A stretch of 64,000 bases of DNA from Trichoplax adhaerens (lineage: Eukaryota > Animalia > Placozoa). The position numbers and the translations under genes were made by a program. The DNA is taken from assembly GCF_000150275.1 (NCBI RefSeq), contig NW_002060948.1, forward strand, positions 5,687,464 through 5,751,463. The letters are read 5' to 3'. Positions 55,705 through 64,000 of the stretch are shown here, piece by piece (position 1 is the first letter of the stretch; each line of letters opens with the position of its first letter). A model generated the notes under the pieces. It was not told the DNA's origin, ran no database searches, and was given only the letters and a program-made list of their open reading frames with translations.

Positions 55705-57673
55705 ATGGCTACAACTTCATCTCCAGTGGCAATCAATCCACCAAGTTATCAAATTATTATAACTACTCTTAATAATAGAATGCCAGCAAATCGCATTAAA
55801 GTATTTTCCTTCATAGCCATAGCTATCGCCATAATTCAAATTGCGGTGGCCGCGGTTGGATTGTCTGAGCCTTGCCCAATTGGTCTGTACGTCTTAAGCT
55901 TTGGTCATTATGGAAATAGTTTCTGGGTAGCAGGACCAGTAAGTTCACTGAATCACTTGGCATATTTTAAACTTTTATTGCAATGAATATCATAGTTTTA
56001 CTAGTATAATTGGAAACAATCAGATAAGGATAAGTTTTCTACCGAAACTGTATAATTTGAATTATTGGAGTGAATTAGCTTTCTGGACAGTACTTTTATC
56101 TTGAATCTAGTGCTAACATACAGACATAAAATATCTTTCTGTAAATGCACATTCACCTATACATTATAAGCACCTATGATGGTATTTCTGCAAGCATTTG
56201 GTTGACTAGAACACTTCTCTTTAAAAAACCACCTGAAAATTGCTATTTTGCTTATAGATATTACTCTATGCTTTGGCTATTGGCTGCAGTGTGGATCGGA
56301 ACAACCTTACGAAAAATAGGGTAAGGCTGTGCGACTTTAAAATATACTTATATTAATATGTTTTATAAGTACATATTGGACTGATTAATTACTACCAGTA
56401 GTTGTGCAATAACGAAAACTATTTCACATGAATATTCGGTAAAATTTCTAAAGCATTATTTTGCTACCAGATATACTCTTTGCTGCTGTTACCGTACCTT
56501 AATAAGATATTAGCAGAGCAATTTTTCGATTTATCGTTTAAGAAATTTATAGATCATTGCAGCAAAAGAAATATTTTGCGCTAAAATCATTTTTAATTCT
56601 AATTTGGTCATTTTAGATAGCTAATATGAAGATAGGCGCGTTTCTATGCGTGCTTTGCATCATTGGAGGATTTGTAGTATTAGGTCTGACTATACGCGCG
56701 CTTTCAATTCTGTCGGTTTACTCTGACCACTTCCATTTCGATTGCGGCACTCATAAAGTTTCTGTAAATGAAATATATACTCCTGCTGTTTTAACAACAA
56801 CCGTCCACTTTGGAATCTACATATTTTATTTTTCGTTTTGTGTGTGGATTATGAGACTGAATAACGATTTCTATCCAAATATGTTCGCTGCACGATCTAG
56901 TGGTCGTAATACTTTTGTGGTAAGACAATATTTTGAGAAATTAAGTGAAAAATATATATTACAAGGTCTTCTACCTATATTTATTGTATCATTAAAGTGT
57001 TACTTTTTTAAATGCTAATCAGAAGTAATTGTCATTGAATTAAATTTCTACTTCAAGTTAGGAATTAGTCACTATTATAGTTTGGAAGTAATAGCCTCAA
57101 ATCCAGAAAACAGTCGTTATTTACAGCTGATTAAGTCTCACATATCAATTTAGTATTGGAAATAATCATAATTTGAAAGTGAGAATTATTGTTAATACAT
57201 GCAGCAGTCAGTATGCCTATGAATCTTTGATTTTATTCTGCTAGCAAATCAATAAGGCTAGAAATAATCACCATGTACAATTAATAAATTAAATCCGCAA
57301 AAGCGATCTTTCTTAACAGTTAATTCATAATTAGAAAACGATTTCCGTATTTCTTATTATAGAAAATTAATAATCTACATACAAGTATGAATTCATATTA
57401 AGTCTTTACAGCTGATAATTGTGATTGCTAATTACATTGTCTAATATGTATCTATCATAAAATAATTCAAATCACAACATTTACACTTCCAGCAACACAT
57501 TCTATTATCTGTAAATATTAAATCTATGCAAACTTGTTTGCATACAATCTACGTAGGTTCAACCACCAGCAGAAGAAATTCCTTCATACGAGCAATGTAT
57601 TGCAAAAAGTAAAATACTGACGAAAGATGGTAAATTAGCTGCAATAAATGTGCCTCAGACAGCTCAAGCATAG
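55705..57673 (+). CDS. MS4A/CD20-like four-TM protein, array copy 7 (4 exons, ~238 aa)
   Basis: Exons 55705-55938 (NPPSY..EPCPIG..NSFWVAGP|gtaagt), 56258-56320 (63 nt, ILLYALAIGCSVDRNNLTKNR), 56617-56919, 57557-57673 (VQPPAEEIPSYEQC..AQA*); complete phase-0 GT-AG structure. Confidence 0.85.
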
Positions 57674-60010
57674 TGTTAAAGCGGCAAAATCTACCATCTG
57701 TCTTATTAAAGTAAATTATACACGATAAATCACCTTTAATTGGATTGTAATTATAGATGCTGGGATATTGACGTAAACAGTAATAGTCTCTTGTTTAATT
57801 TCTGGAATTTCTGCCTTTATCTCATTATAATTTAAGGTGTTCATGGCAATAAAACCATCTGCTAGTAAAGCGCTAATGAAATCTGCAATAATTGATAAAA
57901 ATATACTAGTTACGTTATCTAAATCTGAGAGAATCAATCATTCACGCCTTAGAATTAAAATTATATACAAAACGCGCATCTATTTCGGAATTTCTTTTAA
58001 AACTGGACTAAGTAGTAAGTGTCATATCAGTTTGCGTGTACAAAGCCTATTTTACCATTTTTTGACGGTTCATTTTGGATCTGTATACTCATAAATATTC
58101 TAAGTTACGTTGGTCATAGCAATATTACCAAATACTGCAATTTATAAATAACTCTTTTCATTTTCGAATTCGTCAATATTTAATTCATGTTGATATTGAA
58201 TTGGAAAAAAGTGCATTTTATGCATAAATATGCTGGTACCTGTTTTCTAGAATTTTACACACTATAATTATTTATATGTGGCCGTTATAATAAACTATCT
58301 TGGAAACTATGATTTTAATGTTATTGAATATATTTTTGTCTTGGTTAATTTGATATTTAATCTAGACAAGGAGTTGGGATTGGCACGTTTTATTATAGTC
58401 CTTTATTATATATGATGGCATTTAAAACAGAATAATTTACTTGAGCTCCTTATTTGATTGCCTTTAGCTATAACTTTGTAGCTAGGCCACCTAGATTAGG
58501 AACAGGTACTTCAAAAAGATTCATATTAAAAAATGTTAGTAATAGCCGCAGAATTTTTAACTTAAGTCAACCGTATGGAGTCCTAGAACTGACCCCTCTT
58601 TACCCTTCATTATTTCTTGCCGTTAAGAAATATTAAAATTTCATGTAGACATACCCTACAATTAGATAATTGCTCACAAGATGTTTGGCATCTTGTGCAT
58701 ATATATCATTTTGAAAGGATTTCCAAGTGTTGGATTGGCTGTCTCAAACTTAATCACGATATCCGAATCTAATACAATTATTGTTTGCGCTGAAGGTTTC
58801 CTTCCTTTCATCAATTCTTGGATACTGCTAGTCTCACATTATAGTTAAATTTAGTTTATTACTTTAGGCTGATAAGATGGGCATTTAAATCGTATACTTT
58901 GGGTATGCAGTATACAGCCATCATTTTTGCACAATGTTAAGTGCTCATCGTTAGTAGTAGGTATGTTATCATGACGATAATGGTCAATTCGGAGTTTATG
59001 ATTTCTTTATTATGTTTTCATCCAGAACATGGACTATACTATGTTGTAACATTGGCTCTTTAGGCTTAGCTATTAGAAGGAACTATCAAATATCAATCCA
59101 GTATTGGTAGCATTGAAGATACTTAACAAACTATAACCAAAAAAACTAAAGATGTTAATCAAGATAAATTTATTTAGTAAGGGTAAGCGTCGGATTGGTA
59201 TTCGGTTTATCATATAACATAACAGTGAGATGTGAATTGCTGCCAGTTCTAGTGTATATTTTAGCTACTTCATGAATTTTTGTTAAGGACTTTAAAATTG
59301 AAATTGATGTAGAATGTTGTCAAATTCACAAACTATTGTAAATTTGATTTTATATAGGGAATAATTAGGAAATTTATATAATATTTGTGTACTTGCTTCA
59401 CAAGAGACAAATTTATCGATGTTGAAGCTAGTAAATTTGGAGTTTCGACTCTAAAATCAAATCTCAATTTTTATAACTATACGTGTAAACTAGAGTAGTA
59501 ATATTAAAAACATAATAAATTTCCTAACTTTGCCGACAGAATAAATGCTAACTATCCCACAAATTGTAGCGACTAGTTTAACTAATAACTTTAAGTTTTT
59601 GAAGCTATCAAGAGCATTTTTCTTTTTCAAAAAAATTAAGATCATAATCATTCCTTATATAAATATTATGTAATGATTTAACGTTCCTTAAAATCACTAA
59701 TTTTCTACTTTTCGTTGGTTTTAATACGAGGGTGTCACAAAACAGCTTTGCAACAAGATAACGCAATATACGATCAATAAGTCAGTTCCTTTAACCACGT
59801 ATCAAGGAACGATATCTGCACTATCACGAACACTTTTGCTCTACTAGCAGACTACACAAAGACTTAAACACCTCGTATTTTACGTTAAGCACCAAGTTGG
59901 AGAATTCTCTTTATTTCACGATATACTGCATTTATATACTATTCCTCAACAGTTCATGAGTCATAGTTAATACAATTAACCTGGGAATCATTTACTAAAT
60001 TAGATATTAA

Positions 60011-60043
60011 CTAGTGCAAACTCCCGTCGCTTTGCTGACGGTT
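60011..60043 (-). mobile_element. Helitron-like 3' terminus (second copy, minus strand)
   Basis: Reverse complement is aaccgtcagcaaagcgacgggagtttgcaCTAG|t, one mismatch against 17181-17213. Confidence 0.65.
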
Positions 60044-62859
60044 TACGATAATGTGCTCATTTAACAGATAGTATTACCATTTGTCGTACTGTAGACCTGT
60101 CAGAGGTTCAGTAACTTTATACCGTGTATCATGGAACATTTCCATGATAATTTACAATCTAGCATAAGTAAATTACAATCACAATGATTCGAATTGTAAG
60201 TAGATGATTTGCATTCCCTATTATAGCTATTAATTTCAGTATGTGTATAAGTGTCACTGTCATAAAAAGTCAGTGCTATGTTAAAACACAGTATATCCAA
60301 ATTAGAAGTTAACTAAATAAGGATTGTCTAACAGAATTATCCTAACATAGTTATTTCTACTGTAATACAGTATTTAGCACTGTAACAGAGGGCTATTTTA
60401 AGCTTTAATCTGTTGTCAACTAAAAATTAAAATTTGCTATTTGGACAAAGAAGGTTTACTTTTAACGAAAGTATCCGACTACAAACATTTTATAGCTTAA
60501 CTTGTAGTAACTGAAACTGATATCAATGCATTCAGACCAGGTACATATGCCTTCTGAACATCAATTTTACTATTTTTAGATCTAAATTTTGAACTTAGGT
60601 AAATTTCCCCGCACGGTATGGGACACCATTTGTAACCTCAGCAACATGTTATTTATCTTTTATTATCATTGATTGATTTTAAAATAGAATTTTAAAAAAA
60701 GTTTATAAATTCTGCAGGAAAGGATAAAAGTTTCCGTTATTCTTCAAGAATTTTATGGAAATTTTTTATATTGGCTAAATAAGTAGCCCAAGAACGCCAA
60801 GCCGATATACTGATCTTTATTGTAAGCATATGGTAACATTGATACACCATTTCTGCAATCATTTTATGAGTTAATAAGTTCTACTAATGTTCATCAGTAG
60901 AAGTGGTCGATTTCATCTTGATTTACAACTTCTTCCGACTTTAAGAAAGATATCAGTAGAATCTCCCGTTTGCTTGATTACTAATTTTATTGTACTTCTC
61001 CCCAATTTACTATTTTATAATAAACTGAATCCTAGTGCCGAAGTCGATGCGATTATAATTATTAGTCAGGAATTAATCGTTCCTAGAAAATATAACAATA
61101 ACAATAGATGTTGCAAATAGGTGATTGAATTTGGCGAATTAGAGTTCATTAAGTATGACGTCCTGTCAGTAATTAATTCTTAAGGTAGTAATAGATGATG
61201 CTATTTGGGCATAAATTTACCGGTATAGTATTGTACTATATTAATAATTTATATGAGGAGAATTGTAGCGAATTACTTGCTTACAATTTTAACTTCAACC
61301 AGATAATTTGAATAAATTTACAAGGGTTAAATTTCATTATATTAATCTTATTTAGTTGTTAAGTCCTTTATTTTGAAGAGTGTAACTGATTAGAAATACC
61401 AGCTAATCTATTTTCAGAAAAAATTACTTGTACTTGCGATTACAGCAAGCAAGAAGTTAGCATTGCAATCAACGTCACAATTGCCAGTAAAAACGATTGA
61501 CTTAGCGAAGACGGATTTATACTAAAGTTCTTCACTTTAGAATCGTAAATGAGGGTTTTTGATGAGGGTATATTAATAAGTTTTGCATTCTTTAGGCCCA
61601 CGCGTTGGTTGATCCTTAATTAAAGTAGAAAGGCTTTTGAGATAAAACGAGTACTACAAATATTTCAGAAAACGTAATTAAATATCATGCGCCTTGAAAT
61701 TCTAATTTTTTGAAGATAATATGCTGCTAGGGATTGACCGAGAGATAATACATACCTGCGGTTGCATATATACTTAGTAATACTGTAACAAAAAATTACC
61801 AGTAAACACAACGATATATTAACTATTCATTTCTGTTGACATTGATATCCATGTTAAGATCGTGTTTATTCACACACAATCGATTATTATCCTAATTCCA
61901 GTAAATTATCTGCGGCTCTTTCCATTTTGGGTAAGCTTATTTTAGTACTAGAATGCACGTATTGCTACTAACTAATTCAATGATAATAAACATTATTTTA
62001 AAATAGAAATGGATTTTAATATACTATCGTTGGCTATTTAAAACAATATCATGCACCACGTCGGTTAAACAAGTCATGCAATTTAACTTCCGTATAGTAG
62101 AGAGTCTACGTAAGATGTGGTCTTTTATTCAATCTCAATGCGTATAATAAATGATTCCTGAAGAGGTACAAGTTAATTCAGCCAGGTACTTTGTATAGAT
62201 AAGTTTACGATAATATTGTCAATCTTAGTCATACTCTTACCTAAAATTAAAATTCTGATAGGACTATTCTAGAAATTTGAATTCAATTCTAGAAACAGTG
62301 CTAGATACTTGAGCTTTACAAGTCTTTCACTCTATAACCATTCTAAATATTCCCTATTTCACTTTGATTTTCATTTGCTTTTGTAGTAAAAGGACTAAAA
62401 GTAGAGTCCTTTGTAGTTTTTAGTATGTAATTAGTATTATTTTACTATACAAAATACCTAGAAAGTGATAGTGTCTTTAAGTTTTACCCTGCCAAATCAT
62501 CATGTCGCCATCTTTTCTTCTTCATTATTTTACAAGGTATTATATAGATTACTATAGAAGTAGCCCTATAGAGCAAATGCCTAATCTAAAGAAAGGGCGT
62601 TTCATCATCCATTCAAATTGTAAAGAAATTTGACTTAGTAGCAAAACCCTATCCTTAGAGAAAGGGGATTTATAACATGACGATAAAGTACTGTAATGTA
62701 GTCTATACTCGTACAGTTACAGTACAATCTGAAGCTAAAACATCAACTGTCAATACTCGCGAATACTAAGCGATACTAATGTCAGAAAAGTAGTCGTAGT
62801 AGTCATATAAATTTTTTTGATAAGCGATTACTGTGATCTTCATAAAAAGCGAATTTTTC

Positions 62860-62947
62860 CGGATTTGTGTCCGATATAGTTTTCGGATTCTGGGACCGGT
62901 CGGGTTTGTGTCCGATATAATTTTCCTGTTTGGAACCGTTCGGGTTG
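62860..62947. repeat. ~40-bp GC-richer minisatellite truncated by the gap
   Basis: Units cgg(a/g)tttgtgtccgatata..ttttc..gg.accg.t start at 62860, 62901 and 62941; the third runs into the Ns. Confidence 0.75.
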
Positions 62948-62997
62948 NNNNNNNNNNNNNNNNNNNNNNNNNNNNNNNNNNNNNNNNNNNNNNNNNN
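62948..62997. other. Assembly gap (50 N)
   Basis: Run of 50 N characters. Confidence 0.99.
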
Positions 62998-64000
62998 ATT
63001 ATTAAAATAGACAGGCCCAATTTATAGTATTATAAATATAGTAACATTGAACCTATGTGAAATCTATCTTGAGGGATATGATAAATCATCAGTTTAATTT
63101 AAAATACTTTAAAATGATAAATTTAATCCGATATCCCAACGCCTCTGCGTAGCATATAAAAGTTGTTGTAGTTTGATAGATTAGTAATGGAACGGTTCAA
63201 ATTTAGGGTTAGGATTCTGAAGGGAGGAAGACAACACGTAGATTTTTCTCAATCGCGATTAACTATTCCATTTTGGATAATTTTGGGGGTTAAAGCAGTC
63301 AATTTTCCCCTTCGATAATTCTTTAAAATGCTTTGAGGTTTTCTGTCAAAATTATGATGAATTGATGTTTTTTCTTGGCTTCAGTTGGAATTCAAAGTAT
63401 TTACGGAGTACTAGTCTCAATAATTACTCGTCATACTTACTCAGCTTGTAGCCGCTTTAGCAAATAAATAAAGCCTAGCTTAACCTTCATTTCATTTGAG
63501 CTTGATTTCCATTAAATATTACTACCGCAATTGCATTTAAATTGCCTATTGTGATTTAGAAGGTAAAATAAAGTGAATCATAGGGTGAAGAGATAGAATC
63601 TACTATTATGAAAGTTGTAGTGAAAGGTTTAGAACTTAATAAACTAAGATTGAATTTAGAAAATCAACGGTTATGAAATCGAATTATATCTATAGCATTT
63701 TCTGGCCCATACATATATATAATTATTTTCAGTTGCTATCATCTCTGAATTTTAGTGCCATATCTGCTAATTCTATCTCAAGTTTTCGCGAAATGCTCTT
63801 ATCGTAAAGTACACAACTCTTCTTCCTGGCTAGAACTATTTAGCTAATATTTATATAAATATTTCGTAATTTTATAATTATATCAGCTATTAATAGCAAT
63901 TTTTCTGCAGTTGTAAGATGAAATTTCATCTCATCATCGTTCCATATCTTTCATTTTAAATTTTTCCTTTCTATTTATGATGAAGTTGGGATACTTTATT
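62998..64000 (+). repeat. Near-identical copy of 44926-45925
   Basis: Direct match at offset 18072 from the gap edge to the window end. Only a C/T difference at 63012/44940 and a 1-nt T-run difference near the end were noticed. Confidence 0.97.

Noticed and set aside
1645-57018. Treating ORF-track fragments (e.g. 1921-2175, 35987-36325, 56626-57018) as standalone genes
   Set aside because: Each runs past a conserved GT donor into intron sequence; they are exons of the spliced tetraspan genes.
62766-63027. ORFs spanning the N run
   Set aside because: Artefacts of the assembly gap and minisatellite.
1-64000. tRNA, rRNA or snRNA genes
   Set aside because: The GTTCGA-like motifs inspected lacked cloverleaf stems, and no rRNA-like sequence was seen; a covariance-model scan could not be run.

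Overview
AT-rich (about 30% GC by eye) eukaryotic DNA with short GT-AG introns and one 50-N assembly gap. It looks like a compact-genome invertebrate such as a placozoan, but that is inference only. The main content is a head-to-tail array of seven highly diverged + strand paralogues encoding ~200-275 aa four-transmembrane proteins. The ORF track shows only fragments of them because they are spliced. All seven share phase-0 introns and an invariant 63-nt exon between a '(F/Y)W-x-x-G-P'-type motif and TM3, the layout of the MS4A/CD20-like tetraspan family. An extracellular loop-1 Cys and a loop-2 Cys are present together in five copies and absent together in two. Intergenic DNA holds a decayed Ty3/gypsy-like integrase relic, two Helitron-like 3' ends, a ~105-bp tandem array, several direct repeats, and a strong local excess of TACAGTA/TACTGTA motifs resembling Tc1/mariner excision footprints. 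The last 1 kb after the gap is a near-identical copy of 44926-45925. No tRNA, rRNA or CRISPR array was seen.
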